Source: an uncultured Gammaproteobacteria bacterium
Lineage (GTDB): Bacteria; Pseudomonadota; Gammaproteobacteria; UBA9214
Assembly (NCBI GenBank): GCA_963701455.1
Contig: CAVPAE010000001.1
Coordinates: forward strand, 84,841 to 148,840
Length of the DNA: 64,000 nucleotides
Reading direction: 5' to 3'
The translations under genes were made by a program, and so were the position numbers. Shown here one piece after another: positions 1 to 9,906 of the stretch; the first letter of the stretch is position 1; every line of letters begins with the position of its first letter. Below the pieces are notes generated by a model, which worked only from the letters and a program-made list of their open reading frames with translations, was not told where the DNA came from and made no database searches.

Positions 1-2
1 TG

Positions 3-413
3 ATGGCGGCGCCGATCATGACGTCCATTGCCGAGGACGCCCTCAAGGCCGTACCGGACCGCTACCGGGAAGCCGCCGAGGCCATGGGTGCCACTCGCTG
101 GCAGATGATCTTCAAGACGGTGCTGCCGGCAGCAAAGAATGGCCTGCTGGGCGCGATCCTGCTCGGCGTCGGCCGCGGCTTCGGGGAAACCATGGCGGTA
201 CTGATGGCGACCGGGCATTCAATCAATATGCCGGGCAGCATCTTTGACTCGGTACGTGCCCTGACCGCAACCATCGCGGCAGAACTCGGCGAGACCGCGG
301 TCGGATCGGATCACTACCAGGTATTGTTCACCATCGGCATCTTCCTGTTCCTGATCACCTTTGTCATCAACCTTACCGCCGACCTCGTCGTACGCGGCGT
401 GCGCAAGGGGTAG
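3..413 (+). CDS. pstC: Phosphate ABC transporter permease PstC, C-terminal part (the gene starts before the window)
   Basis: The translation has the ABC permease EAA-like motif (EAAEAMGATRWQ) and C-terminal TM helices. It lies directly upstream of pstA and pstB. Confidence 0.8.
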   Translation: MAAPIMTSIAEDALKAVPDRYREAAEAMGATRWQMIFKTVLPAAKNGLLGAILLGVGRGFGETMAVLMATGHSINMPGSIFDSVRALTATIAAELGETAVGSDHYQVLFTIGIFLFLITFVINLTADLVVRGVRKG

Positions 414-418
414 TTATC

Positions 419-1288
419 ATGTTCGAGGCATCTGAACTCAATCTAAAAAACAAGCGGGTGCAGAAGCTGTACAGGCTGCTGTTCCTGATGATGACCCTGC
501 TGCTGATCATCCCGGTCCTGCTGATCCTCGGCATGCTGATCATCAAGGGCAGTTCGGCAATCTCCATCGACTTCCTGTTTACCAGTCCCACCGACGGCAT
601 GACCGCGGGTGGCTTGTTCCCTGCCCTGCTGGGGACCATCTGGCTGGTCGCGGTAGCACTGCTGGTATCAGTGCCACTGGGGATTGCCGCGGCCATTTAT
701 CTCAGCGAATACGCCGGAGATAACTGGTTCACGCGCATCATCAACCTCGCCATCATCAACCTGGCCGGTGTGCCGTCGATCGTGCACGCCCTGTTCGGCG
801 TAGGCGCCTTCGTACTGTATTTCGGTTTCGGCACCAGCATTATCGCCGCCAGCCTGACCCTGGCGATCATGACCCTGCCGGTGGTGATCGTCGCAACCCG
901 AGAATCCCTGCAGGCGGTACCCTATGCCTTTCGCGAGGCCTGCTGGAACATGGGCGCCACCCGCTGGCAGGCGATTCACCGCGTGGTGCTGCCGAATGCG
1001 ATTTCCGGCATCCTCACCGGTGTCATCCTCGAAGTGTCGCGCACCTCGGGCGAAACGGCGCCCATCATGTTTACCGGCGCCGTGTTCTTCACCCCCTTCC
1101 TGCCGCAGGGAATATTTGACCAGACCATGGCGATGTCACTGCACCTGTTCGTGGTCGCGACGCAGGTCCCGAACGTCCCCGAAAACCTGCCTTACGGCGT
1201 TGCCCTGGTGCTGATTGCCATGGTGCTGCTGATGAACAGCCTCTCCATCGCGTTTCGCACCTACCTGCGAGGGAAAAAGAAATGGTAA
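419..1288 (+). CDS. pstA: Phosphate ABC transporter permease PstA
   Basis: A 289-aa polytopic membrane protein with the conserved permease loop (REACWNMGATRWQ). It follows pstC and overlaps the pstB start. Confidence 0.85.
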   Translation: MFEASELNLKNKRVQKLYRLLFLMMTLLLIIPVLLILGMLIIKGSSAISIDFLFTSPTDGMTAGGLFPALLGTIWLVAVALLVSVPLGIAAAIYLSEYAGDNWFTRIINLAIINLAGVPSIVHALFGVGAFVLYFGFGTSIIAASLTLAIMTLPVVIVATRESLQAVPYAFREACWNMGATRWQAIHRVVLPNAISGILTGVILEVSRTSGETAPIMFTGAVFFTPFLPQGIFDQTMAMSLHLFVVATQVPNVPENLPYGVALVLIAMVLLMNSLSIAFRTYLRGKKKW

Positions 1289-2091
1289 CAGCAGCACAAC
1301 CCGCGCAGACAACACCGGCAGCCGGTGCTGATCCGGCTGCAATCAAGCTTGCGGTGAAGGACCTGACAATACGCTACGGCAGCACAGTCGCGCTCGGCGA
1401 TGTCAGCCTGGAGATTCGCGAGCACGAAATTTTCGGCATCATCGGCCCGGCAAATGCCGGCAAGACTTCATTCCTGAAGTCGATCAATCGCATGGACATG
1501 TTCAATTCCGGCATGCATGTCGAGGGGGAAATCCTTTTCAATGGCCGCGACGTTCGCCACCTGAAAAACGTCTATGCCCTGCGCTCGCGCATCGGCGTGG
1601 TCTTTCCCCTGCCCGTCGGATTGCCGATGACCATCTACGACAACGTCGCCCTGGCGCCGCGCCTGTCCGGCCTGAATGACAAGGCGGAACTCGACGTCAT
1701 CGTCGAACGCTGCCTGACCCGCGCCGCCCTCTGGGACGAGGTCAAGGACCGCCTGAACTCACTCGGCAGCCTGCTCTCCGGCGGCCAGCAGCAACGCCTG
1801 ACGATTGCCCGCGCCCTGTCCCAGGAGCCGGAGGTGCTGATGCTGGACGAATTCTCCATCGCGGTCGACCCGGTCACGACCATGCGCATCGAGGATGTCC
1901 TCAAGGAACTGAAGCATGAAATGACGATCATCCTGGTCACCAACCTGGTACAGCAGGCGCGACGTCTTGCCAGTCGCACCGCGTTTTTCCTGAACGGCGA
2001 GTGCGTGGAGATCGGCCAAACCGAAGACCTGTTCACCGGTGAGGTAAAGGACACCAGGACACGGGATTACGTGGAGGGACGCTTCGGGTAA
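1282..2091 (+). CDS. pstB: Phosphate ABC transporter ATP-binding protein PstB
   Basis: It has a Walker A (GPANAGKTS), an ABC signature (LSGGQQQRL) and a Walker B (LMLDEF). It is about 270 aa, which is typical PstB size. Confidence 0.9.
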   Translation: MVTAAQPAQTTPAAGADPAAIKLAVKDLTIRYGSTVALGDVSLEIREHEIFGIIGPANAGKTSFLKSINRMDMFNSGMHVEGEILFNGRDVRHLKNVYALRSRIGVVFPLPVGLPMTIYDNVALAPRLSGLNDKAELDVIVERCLTRAALWDEVKDRLNSLGSLLSGGQQQRLTIARALSQEPEVLMLDEFSIAVDPVTTMRIEDVLKELKHEMTIILVTNLVQQARRLASRTAFFLNGECVEIGQTEDLFTGEVKDTRTRDYVEGRFG

Positions 2092-2161
2092 AGCCTGTTT
2101 TCGCCAGGGACAACTCCCCGGAAAACCCGCTGCACGCCTCCAGGCGCCACTCAATCTAAAG

Positions 2162-2983
2162 TTGGACAAACCGGATACAATGATGAACACAAGCAGCCAG
2201 GCAATCGTTGAAAAGCAGCCGGATTACGCCATCCATACCGAGAAGCTGAATCTCTGGTACGGCACTTTCCAGGCGCTGTTCGATGTCGACCTTGATATCA
2301 AGAACGGCATCATCACGTCGCTGATCGGCCCTTCCGGGTGCGGCAAGTCGACCTTTCTGCGCAGCATCAACCGCATTAATGAGCGCCTCGGTTACGTCAG
2401 GATCGACGGCAAGATCAATGTCTTCGATAACAATATCTACGATCCCGGCGTGGAACTGGTGCAGGTGCGCAAACAGATCGGCATGGTATTCCAGCGCCCC
2501 AACCCCCTGCCGATCTCGATTCGCGACAATGTCCTGTTCGGCTACAACCTGCATACCCCGGGCAAGCGCACCTCGCGCAGCAAGCAGGATGACATTGCCG
2601 AGGATGCACTCAAGCAGGTGCTGCTGTGGGACAAGGTCAAGGACAAGCTGGGCAGCAAGGCCACGGAACTTTCCCTGGAAGAGCAGCAGAAACTCTGCAT
2701 CGCACGGTTGCTGCCGGTGAAGCCCGGGCTGCTGCTGATGGACGAACCCTGTTCCGCGCTTGACCCCAAGGGCACCGAGGCCGTGGAAGAACTGATCTGG
2801 GAACTCCGCGGTAAATACACCATCCTCATCGTCACGCACAATATGGCACAGGCACGGCGCGCCAGCGAGGAATGCATTTTCATGCTGATGGGCAAGGTCG
2901 TGGAGCATACCGCGACCGATAAGATGTTCGTGACCCCGGAAAAGCAGGAAACCGCGAACTATATCGAAGGTCGCTACGGCTGA
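2162..2983 (+). CDS. pstB: Second PstB-type phosphate ABC ATPase paralog
   Basis: It has a Walker A (GPSGCGKST) and a C-terminal motif (ETANYIEGRYG) parallel to the first copy (TRDYVEGRFG). The true start may be the internal Met at about 2180. Confidence 0.85.
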   Translation: MDKPDTMMNTSSQAIVEKQPDYAIHTEKLNLWYGTFQALFDVDLDIKNGIITSLIGPSGCGKSTFLRSINRINERLGYVRIDGKINVFDNNIYDPGVELVQVRKQIGMVFQRPNPLPISIRDNVLFGYNLHTPGKRTSRSKQDDIAEDALKQVLLWDKVKDKLGSKATELSLEEQQKLCIARLLPVKPGLLLMDEPCSALDPKGTEAVEELIWELRGKYTILIVTHNMAQARRASEECIFMLMGKVVEHTATDKMFVTPEKQETANYIEGRYG

Positions 2984-3065
2984 TTAAGCCGGCACGCCCC
3001 CTTGCTGCGTGTCGATCCTGCCTTACCCGACACGAACACCGGGCTGCGACCACCAAAGACAGACC

Positions 3066-3752
3066 ATGAGCACGATCCTTGTAGTCGATGATGATCCCGC
3101 GATCTGTGAAATGCTGCAGCTGGCACTCAGCGGCGCAGGTTTCAAGGTACAGGAAGCCGGTAGCGCGACTGAAGCAAGACGCGCCATCGAAGCCGCACAC
3201 CCGGACCTGATCCTGCTGGACTGGATGCTCCCGGGACAATCGGGGTACGAATTCGCCCGTGCGCTGTTCATGGATACCAGCCAGCCGGCGATCCCGATCA
3301 TCATGCTGACCGCGCGCGGCCAGGTAGAGGACAAGGTCGCCGCACTCGAGGCCGGGGCCGATGATTACGTTTCCAAACCGTTCTCTATCAGTGAACTGCT
3401 GGCGCGTATCCACGCCGTATTGCGCCGCAGCAGCCGTGACACGAGGGACGAAGTTCATGGTTTCGGTGAACTGCAGCTCGACCCGACCAGCCACAGGGTC
3501 AGCATCAAGGGCATAACCCTGGAACTGGCCCCAATGGAGTATCAACTCCTGCTGTTCTTCCTGAAACATCAGGACCGGGTCTACAGCCGCAAGGAACTGA
3601 TCAAACTGGTCTGGGGCAGCGGTACCTACGTCGAGGCGCGCACCGTGGACGTCCATATCCGGCGTCTGCGGATGGCCCTGGAACCCTCAGGCTATGACCG
3701 CCTGATCCAGACCGTGCGGGGTGCCGGTTACCGGTTTTCGGCGCTGGAATAA
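3066..3752 (+). CDS. phoB: Phosphate regulon response regulator PhoB (OmpR family)
   Basis: The receiver domain has ILVVDDD...DLILLDWMLPG, and the C-terminal winged helix has VDVHIRRLR, typical of PhoB. The start was placed at MSTILVV. Confidence 0.9.
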   Translation: MSTILVVDDDPAICEMLQLALSGAGFKVQEAGSATEARRAIEAAHPDLILLDWMLPGQSGYEFARALFMDTSQPAIPIIMLTARGQVEDKVAALEAGADDYVSKPFSISELLARIHAVLRRSSRDTRDEVHGFGELQLDPTSHRVSIKGITLELAPMEYQLLLFFLKHQDRVYSRKELIKLVWGSGTYVEARTVDVHIRRLRMALEPSGYDRLIQTVRGAGYRFSALE

Positions 3753-3812
3753 CAGCGCTGCAGTATATATAGCTCGTGGAATCCATTACCATCCCCGGAT
3801 TCCGCTCGGTAA

Positions 3813-3935
3813 CTGCTCCATGCGTCGCCTAAAGGCGCCTACTTTTGGTACTCTACCTCCTACATCCATGTAGTCGTCGGCAATTGCTCCTGCATCGCCT
3901 AAGGCGCCTACTTTTGGTGCCCTATCACCTTACAT
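3813..3935. repeat. Imperfect tandem direct repeat, two copies of about 55 bp, in the phoB-phoR spacer
   Basis: The unit tgctcc(a)tgcgtcgcctaa(a)ggcgcctacttttggt..cctacat occurs twice. It contains the small palindromes CGCCTAAAGGCG and CTACATCCATGTAG and the CTCCTACA core of the REP family. Confidence 0.6.
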
Positions 3936-4049
3936 GGCCCGGGCCAGTCTCGGTCTCACCTTCTCCCTGTGGGCGTTCGCTGCATCCGGGCTACCGAACT
4001 GGCTGCATGGCAGTCCTGTGTTTTGCCCCGCTGGCGTATGATAACGGGC

Positions 4050-5354
4050 ATGCGAAATGCCTGGAAAGAAGAACTGGCGCTGCAGCTGGGGAGCATTCTC
4101 GTGGCTGTACTGGCCGGCACGCTCACGGGCTGGACATTACCCTGCCTGCTGGCCGGCCTGCTGGGCTACCTTGGCTGGCACCTCTATCAACTGCTGCGAC
4201 TGCCGCAATTGCTGACGCACCCGCAGGCTGCTGGACCACACCCCTATGGCCTGTGGCGCGAGGCAAGCGCTGCGATTCAGTCCCGGCTAAAGGAAGATCG
4301 CGAACGCAGCGGGGAACTCGAAAGCCTTGCGGCCGGTTTTCGCAGCACCATCAATGCATTGCCCGATGCCGTCATTACCCTGGACCCGACAGGCCGTATC
4401 ACCTGGTCAAACCCGGCGGCCGCAAGCCTGCTGGGTATTGTATGGCCAGCGGCAGCCGGCAGCACACTGACGGCACTCATCCCGGACCCGCTTGTCCGGG
4501 AATACATGGCCAGGGCAGATTTCACCCAGCCACTGGTATGCAACGCGCCGGTTGACCGGGCAAGAATCCTGTCACTCATGGTCATATCGCCGGACGATGA
4601 ATCCGGCCGGCACCTGCTGGTAGTACGGGAAATCACCCGCCAGTATCACCTTGACACGACAAAACGCGACTTCGTGGCCAATATTTCGCATGAACTGCGC
4701 ACCCCGCTGACCGTCATATCCGGTCTCGCGGAACAGCTGGGACGGGACAGCCGTGACCGCCCCGAATTGCAGCGGCCCACACAGCTGATGCAGCAGCAGG
4801 TGCAGCGCATGAACGAAATGATCGCCGACCTGCTGATCCTGTCACAGCTGGAATCGCAGCAGGAATCGGGGCACGCCGAGCCTGTTGACGTAGCAGACAT
4901 GCTTGAGACGATCGTCGAAGAAGCGCGCGCCCTGAGCGGCAGCGACCGCCATGTCGTAGCGCTGGAAATTGAATCCCCCGCCTGCCTGCTCGGCGACAAC
5001 CGGGAACTGCGCACGGCCTTTGCAAACCTGGTGACGAATGCCGTGCGCCACACGCCACCCAGGTCCGAAGTCCGGGTGCGCTGGCATTCGAACCGGGATG
5101 GCGCCAGTTTAAGCGTCACAGACAGCGGCGAAGGCATTGCGGCACGCCACATACCGCGCCTGACCGAACGCTTCTACCGCATCGATCCCAGCCGCTCAAG
5201 AGATACCGGTGGCAGCGGACTGGGACTGGCAATCGTCAAGCACATCCTTGACCGTCATGACGCGAAACTGGAAATCAGCAGCAAGGTGGGCGGTGGCAGC
5301 ACCTTCACCTGCCGCTTTCCGCCGCAAAGGGTTGTCGCTGAGACAGGAGAATAA
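4050..5354 (+). CDS. phoR: Phosphate regulon sensor histidine kinase PhoR
   Basis: It has N-terminal TM helices, a PAS domain, an H-box (ISHELRTPLT), and N/G boxes (DSGEGIAARHIPRLTERFYRID...GGSGLGLAIVKH). The start was placed at MRNAWKEE. Confidence 0.85.
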   Translation: MRNAWKEELALQLGSILVAVLAGTLTGWTLPCLLAGLLGYLGWHLYQLLRLPQLLTHPQAAGPHPYGLWREASAAIQSRLKEDRERSGELESLAAGFRSTINALPDAVITLDPTGRITWSNPAAASLLGIVWPAAAGSTLTALIPDPLVREYMARADFTQPLVCNAPVDRARILSLMVISPDDESGRHLLVVREITRQYHLDTTKRDFVANISHELRTPLTVISGLAEQLGRDSRDRPELQRPTQLMQQQVQRMNEMIADLLILSQLESQQESGHAEPVDVADMLETIVEEARALSGSDRHVVALEIESPACLLGDNRELRTAFANLVTNAVRHTPPRSEVRVRWHSNRDGASLSVTDSGEGIAARHIPRLTERFYRIDPSRSRDTGGSGLGLAIVKHILDRHDAKLEISSKVGGGSTFTCRFPPQRVVAETGE

Positions 5355-5540
5355 CCGCCAAACAACTGGCCGTGCACAACCCGGACGGGACCGAACGCCA
5401 CCGGCGTTCCGCCAACGCAGCACCATGAAATCAAACGTGGTTAAGGAGATTACGCCAGAAAGTCCGGCGCAGTAACGGGCTGTGAACACCTGCCGTAGCA
5501 ACACCGGGTTCCCGGCGGGAACCCGGGCTGGCTATCAATT

Positions 5541-6806
5541 TCAGGTAAATATGCCCTTCAGGGTGAAGAAGAACAGCGCGGCCAGAATACCGCCTGCTGG
5601 CAGTGTAATCACCCAGGACACCACGATGCCGCCGATGACCCGCAGGTCAATGGCGCCGATGCCGCGTGCGAGACCGACGCCGATGACCGCACCCACCGCG
5701 ATGTGCGTGGTCGATACCGGCAGGCCGGTGCGTGAGGCCAGCACGACCGTGGCAGCTGCTGCCAGGGTTGCGCAGTAGCCGCGACTCGGGGTCAGCTCGG
5801 TGATATTGGTGCCGATGGTCTGCATGACCCGGTAGCCCATGGTCGCCAGACCCACGACGATACCGGTACCACCAAGCACCAGGATCCACAGCGGCAGCGC
5901 CGCCTTCTGCGCCACTTCGCCACCCGACTGGACGATACTGACCACCGCGGCCATCGGGCCGATGCCGTTGGCGACATCGTTCGAACCGTGCGCAAATGCC
6001 ATGGCACAGGCCGTAAACAACATCATGGGAACGAACACCTTCTCCACGCTCGCATAGTGGAAGTCCTTGTCGGCACCCGGATCTACCACCACCCGCCGGA
6101 TCATCAGCCAGCCGACAAAGGCCAGCGCCAGACCAAACAGCCCGGCCACGACGAAACTCATATTAGCCGAAAGCTCGATATTCAGGTGTTTCAGCCCCTT
6201 GAACAGGGTAACCAGGGAGATGGTAAAGCCGACCAGGAACACGTAGGCGGGCCCCCAGCGCTTGGCACTCTCGAACGGGTGCTCCGTATCCAGAATCAGG
6301 CGGCGGATGCTCAGCATCAGCACGAAGGCGATGACCCCGCCGATCAGCGGCGACACTACCCAGCTGGCAGCGATCTGCGACACCTTGCCCCATGCCACGG
6401 CATCGAGACCGATACCCGCGACCGCAAAGCCGATAACGGCACCCACGATGGAATGCGTGGTCGAGACCGGCCAGCCGCGGGTGGTGGCGATCATGAGCCA
6501 GACGGCTGCCGCCAGCAGCGCCGCCAGCATGCCGAAGACCAGTATCTCCGGACTGTTGACAATGGAGGCTGGATCGATAATTCCCTTGCGGATGGTCGCG
6601 GTAACATTGCCGCCGGCAATGAAGGCACCGGCGAACTCAAAGATCGCGGCAATCAGGATCGCCTGCTTGATACTGATCGCGCCCGAACCGACCGAGGTAC
6701 CCATGGCATTGGCGACGTCGTTGGCGCCGATACCCCAGGTCATGTATACGCCAAATACAACCGCCAGTGCGATAAAGACGAAGCCGTATTGAGTTATGAT
6801 TTCCAT
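5541..6806 (-). CDS. pit: Inorganic phosphate transporter, PiT family
   Basis: The 421-aa protein carries the duplicated PiT signature GANDVANA(M/I)G near both termini. Confidence 0.85.
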   Translation of the reverse strand: MEIITQYGFVFIALAVVFGVYMTWGIGANDVANAMGTSVGSGAISIKQAILIAAIFEFAGAFIAGGNVTATIRKGIIDPASIVNSPEILVFGMLAALLAAAVWLMIATTRGWPVSTTHSIVGAVIGFAVAGIGLDAVAWGKVSQIAASWVVSPLIGGVIAFVLMLSIRRLILDTEHPFESAKRWGPAYVFLVGFTISLVTLFKGLKHLNIELSANMSFVVAGLFGLALAFVGWLMIRRVVVDPGADKDFHYASVEKVFVPMMLFTACAMAFAHGSNDVANGIGPMAAVVSIVQSGGEVAQKAALPLWILVLGGTGIVVGLATMGYRVMQTIGTNITELTPSRGYCATLAAAATVVLASRTGLPVSTTHIAVGAVIGVGLARGIGAIDLRVIGGIVVSWVITLPAGGILAALFFFTLKGIFT

Positions 6807-6901
6807 GTTTCTATCCCAGGATTAATAAACCGTTAAGCCGGTTGAGACTTCGCCGTGTAGTAGCGGCATTGTCCGCCCTTCTCCCCTGCCGGTCGCAGCA
6901 G

Positions 6902-7582
6902 CTAGCGCGCGATCAGCAGTCGCAGCCGATCCCCGACTTTTTCTGCATAATCCGCCAGGTCGCCGACCCACTCTATGAGCTGGTACCACATCATGACCGA
7001 GACCGGCTTCATCTCGTCCTCATGCTCGAACAACTGCCGTGCCAGTTTGATGCCGAGTTCGTCGGTGTCGTCCTCGATCAGGTTCAGCTTCTCCACCATC
7101 TCCTCGACGCGATTCGCCTCGCGACCGCGGAAGCCCATGGCCAGCAATTCATCAAGTTCCTCGATGATCTGCGCCGATTGCTCGCAGGTATCCAGACAGC
7201 GGCGCGCCAGCGTCAGCATGTCCTCCTGCATGAATTCCGGTATCTCCATGCGCCGCTCGATCAGCATGCCCGCGATATCCTGCGCGGTATCCGCGATGGA
7301 ATCCTGCATTTGCAGGACCTCCAGCAGGTCGCGCCGGTCGACCGGCATGAACAGGCTCTTGGGCAAGGCCCCGCGCATTTCATTCTTGATACGGTCGGCC
7401 TCGGCCTCCCGCTCGAATATCCTGTTTTTGCAGGCTGTCACCCTGTCCTGGTCGCCCGCGGCAAGGGCCTCGAACAAGGGTGGTACTTCACGCGCGCATT
7501 CCAGTACCACGCGCATGTGTTTTTGCAGGGCTGAGAACGGAGACTTGCCGAACAGACTCCCGAATGGATTGGTCGATGACAT
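6902..7582 (-). CDS. DUF47 / TIGR00153-family protein (PhoU-like Pit accessory protein)
   Basis: It is 226 aa, helical, and has the PhoU-like motif WYQLIEWVGDLADYAEKVGDRL. It lies immediately upstream of pit on the same strand. Confidence 0.75.
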   Translation of the reverse strand: MSSTNPFGSLFGKSPFSALQKHMRVVLECAREVPPLFEALAAGDQDRVTACKNRIFEREAEADRIKNEMRGALPKSLFMPVDRRDLLEVLQMQDSIADTAQDIAGMLIERRMEIPEFMQEDMLTLARRCLDTCEQSAQIIEELDELLAMGFRGREANRVEEMVEKLNLIEDDTDELGIKLARQLFEHEDEMKPVSVMMWYQLIEWVGDLADYAEKVGDRLRLLIAR

Positions 7583-7648
7583 AGTTGCTTATCCCTGGTG
7601 ACGTCCGCGATTCTGCGGGGGCGGACTGATTATGACTAACGGAATCTA

Positions 7649-7666
7649 GTAACAAAACCGTAACAA
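7649..7666 (-). promoter_or_regulatory. Candidate Pho-box-like direct repeat (GTAACAA-N4-GTAACAA, 11-bp period) upstream of the DUF47-pit operon
   Basis: Two 7-bp direct repeats are separated by 4 bp, which is the architecture of PhoB boxes, although the sequence differs from the E. coli CTGTCAT consensus. Confidence 0.25.
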
Positions 7667-7782
7667 TCTATTGATACAGATCAAGTGAAATGCAAATACC
7701 CCGGGCTGGTGTAAAAAAGAATCCTGCTTTGAACGCACGGACCGCTGCACAGCGAACCCTGTGCCGATATCAACGCCGCGGT

Positions 7783-8199
7783 TTATCTGACGACACGTGG
7801 CAGACGCTGCATGGCACGCCTGAGATCGTCCCTGCGCAAGCGCTTGAGGGCATCCTTGAGACTCAGCCACTCCCGCTCCCGGTCGGTCTCGTCCCACTTG
7901 CGGTGGACCTTCCTGACCTTCATGGCGTAGATCTGGACCGTGCAGACATCGCCCCACTTGCGGTGCTTGTATATGCCCAGCAGCTTGTTGTGCACGTCGC
8001 CCTGCACCCCGGCTTCCTCAAAGGCCTCCTTGGCGGCAGAGGTCCGTGGATTGAGATCAGACTCGATGACACCCTTGGGGATGATCCAGCGTCCCTTGTT
8101 GCGCGAGGTAATCAGCATAACCTCGATCTTTCCCTGCCTTTTGCGATAAGGGATGACACCGGATTGCTTGTAGTTGCTGGCGCATACTTTCCTGCCCAT
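7783..8199 (-). CDS. NUDIX hydrolase
   Basis: It has a Nudix box (GVIESDLNPRTSAAKEAFEEAGV). It is 138 aa and lies directly downstream of the PPK2 gene. Confidence 0.7.
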   Translation of the reverse strand: MGRKVCASNYKQSGVIPYRKRQGKIEVMLITSRNKGRWIIPKGVIESDLNPRTSAAKEAFEEAGVQGDVHNKLLGIYKHRKWGDVCTVQIYAMKVRKVHRKWDETDREREWLSLKDALKRLRRDDLRRAMQRLPRVVR

Positions 8200-8200
8200 G

Positions 8201-9778
8201 CTATTTTTCTGCCAGCGCGGCTTCCAGCCGCTCGCAGAATGTCTGAATCACCTTGATGCGGGAAAAGCGCTTGTCATTACCCTCGACCAGCACCCAGGGA
8301 GAACTCTGGGTACTGGTATGTTCCACGATGTCATTGACGGCCAGTTCATAGTCCTCCCATTTTTCCCGGTTGCGCCAGTCTTCATCGGTCAGCTTCCATT
8401 GCTTGTGCGGAGTCTGCTCCCGCAACCTGAAACGCTCCAGCTGTTCTTCCTTGCTGATATGGATCCAGTACTTCAGCAGCACGATGCCGTGTTCGGTCAG
8501 CTGTTCCTCGTAGTCGTTGATCTCCGCATAGGCACGACGCCATTCCGGCTCGGTGGCAAAACCCTCAATACGCTCGACCAGTACGCGCCCGTACCAGCTG
8601 CGGTCAAAAATACTGATGCGTCCCGCCCGGGACAGGTGCCGCCAGAAGCGCCACAGGTAATGCTGCGCCCGTTCCTCGTCCGTCGGCGCGGCGATCGGAA
8701 TCACCTGGTAGTGCCGCGCATCCAGGGCAGCCGTAATCCTGCGGATCGCCCCGCCCTTGCCTGCCGCGTCGGCCCCCTCGAACACCAGGATCGCGGAGAC
8801 CTTTTTCTTCAGCGCCTTGCGGTGCAACTGGTTCAGTTTTGCCTGCCATTGCTGCAGCTGTTTCTTGTAGTCCGCCTTGGTGACATGCAGGGACATATCC
8901 AGCCGTGACAGTACGGTTGCGACCGGCAGTGGCGGCAACGGGTTTCCCTCAGCATCAGCCTCCGTGGCGGACTCCACTGGTGCCGGCGTATCCAGCTGTT
9001 GCTGTTGCTGTTGCTGCTGCTGCTCGATGCGCTGCAGATGCTTGCGGATTTCATCCCGCACGATGGTGCCGACGGTCAGGCTGCGGTAACACGGGTCCAT
9101 GCCCTCGACGATAGTCCAGGATGCCGTGCCTGTGCTGGTGCGCATGATGATGCGCTCCGCGGCGGACTCGAAGCGGTCGTAGATATGCCAGTGGTCCCAG
9201 TCACGCGGGGTGACCCGCCACTTGGTGAGCGGGTCCTTCTCGAGTTTCTTCAGGCGCTTCTCCTGGGCATCGTGGCCGAGATGCATCCAGAACTTGAGTA
9301 TCAGCACACCGTCGTCGGCCAGTGCCTTTTCGAAGGAGAGAATGCGGTCCAGCTGCTCGTTGAAGGTCGATTCGTCCGCTTTCTCGTAAACACGATCCAG
9401 GATCGGCTGCGAGTACCAGGCGCTGAGGAACAGCCCGATGCGTCCCTTCGGCGGCAAGTGACGCCAGAAACGCCAGTATTCGGGACGTTCCCGCTCCTCG
9501 TCGGAAGGATCGTCGTAGGCCGTGGTCAGCAGCCAGCGCGGGTCCATCCACTCATTGAGGATGTTGACGGTATCGCCCTTTCCGGCCCCGTCGACGCCGG
9601 CAAACAGGATAATCACCGGGCAACTGCCGGCCTCACGCAGTTGTTGCTGCACCTCGAGGAGTTCCTGCCTGAGCAGCGGTTCCCGCTCCCGGTACTCGGC
9701 TTTCGATACCTTCTGCCCGAGTTCTGCTGTTCTGAACATGCCGTACTCCTTCATTTTGTGTCTTTCTCCCCCGACCAC
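8201..9778 (-). CDS. pap: Polyphosphate:AMP phosphotransferase (two tandem PPK2 domains) with an internal poly-Q linker
   Basis: It is 525 aa with two PPK2-like halves. Both have P-loop-like motifs (FAGVDGAGKG and FEGADAAGKG) and WxxxW motifs. The linker between the halves is QQQQQQQQQ. Confidence 0.8.
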   Translation of the reverse strand: MVGGERHKMKEYGMFRTAELGQKVSKAEYREREPLLRQELLEVQQQLREAGSCPVIILFAGVDGAGKGDTVNILNEWMDPRWLLTTAYDDPSDEERERPEYWRFWRHLPPKGRIGLFLSAWYSQPILDRVYEKADESTFNEQLDRILSFEKALADDGVLILKFWMHLGHDAQEKRLKKLEKDPLTKWRVTPRDWDHWHIYDRFESAAERIIMRTSTGTASWTIVEGMDPCYRSLTVGTIVRDEIRKHLQRIEQQQQQQQQQLDTPAPVESATEADAEGNPLPPLPVATVLSRLDMSLHVTKADYKKQLQQWQAKLNQLHRKALKKKVSAILVFEGADAAGKGGAIRRITAALDARHYQVIPIAAPTDEERAQHYLWRFWRHLSRAGRISIFDRSWYGRVLVERIEGFATEPEWRRAYAEINDYEEQLTEHGIVLLKYWIHISKEEQLERFRLREQTPHKQWKLTDEDWRNREKWEDYELAVNDIVEHTSTQSSPWVLVEGNDKRFSRIKVIQTFCERLEAALAEK

Positions 9779-9906
9779 GCCTGCGCACAGAAATTTCGCG
9801 GTTCAAGCCCTTGCTGAAAGCAACCGGAACATTAAACGATAATTATCATTTATACTAATGCTGATGTTAAGCACTTTGGTGCATAGCGCGAAAAGCGGGG
9901 GCAAGC

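Noticed and set aside
3845-4555. A 236-aa ORF overlapping the phoB-phoR spacer and the phoR N-terminus
   Set aside because: It has an Arg/Pro/Gly-rich, GC-skew-type composition with no motifs, and it overlaps the well-supported phoR frame. This is a typical spurious ORF in high-GC DNA. The same reasoning applies to the many opposite-strand or alternate-frame ORFs inside pit, PAP, the cytochromes, ccmF and the other genes.
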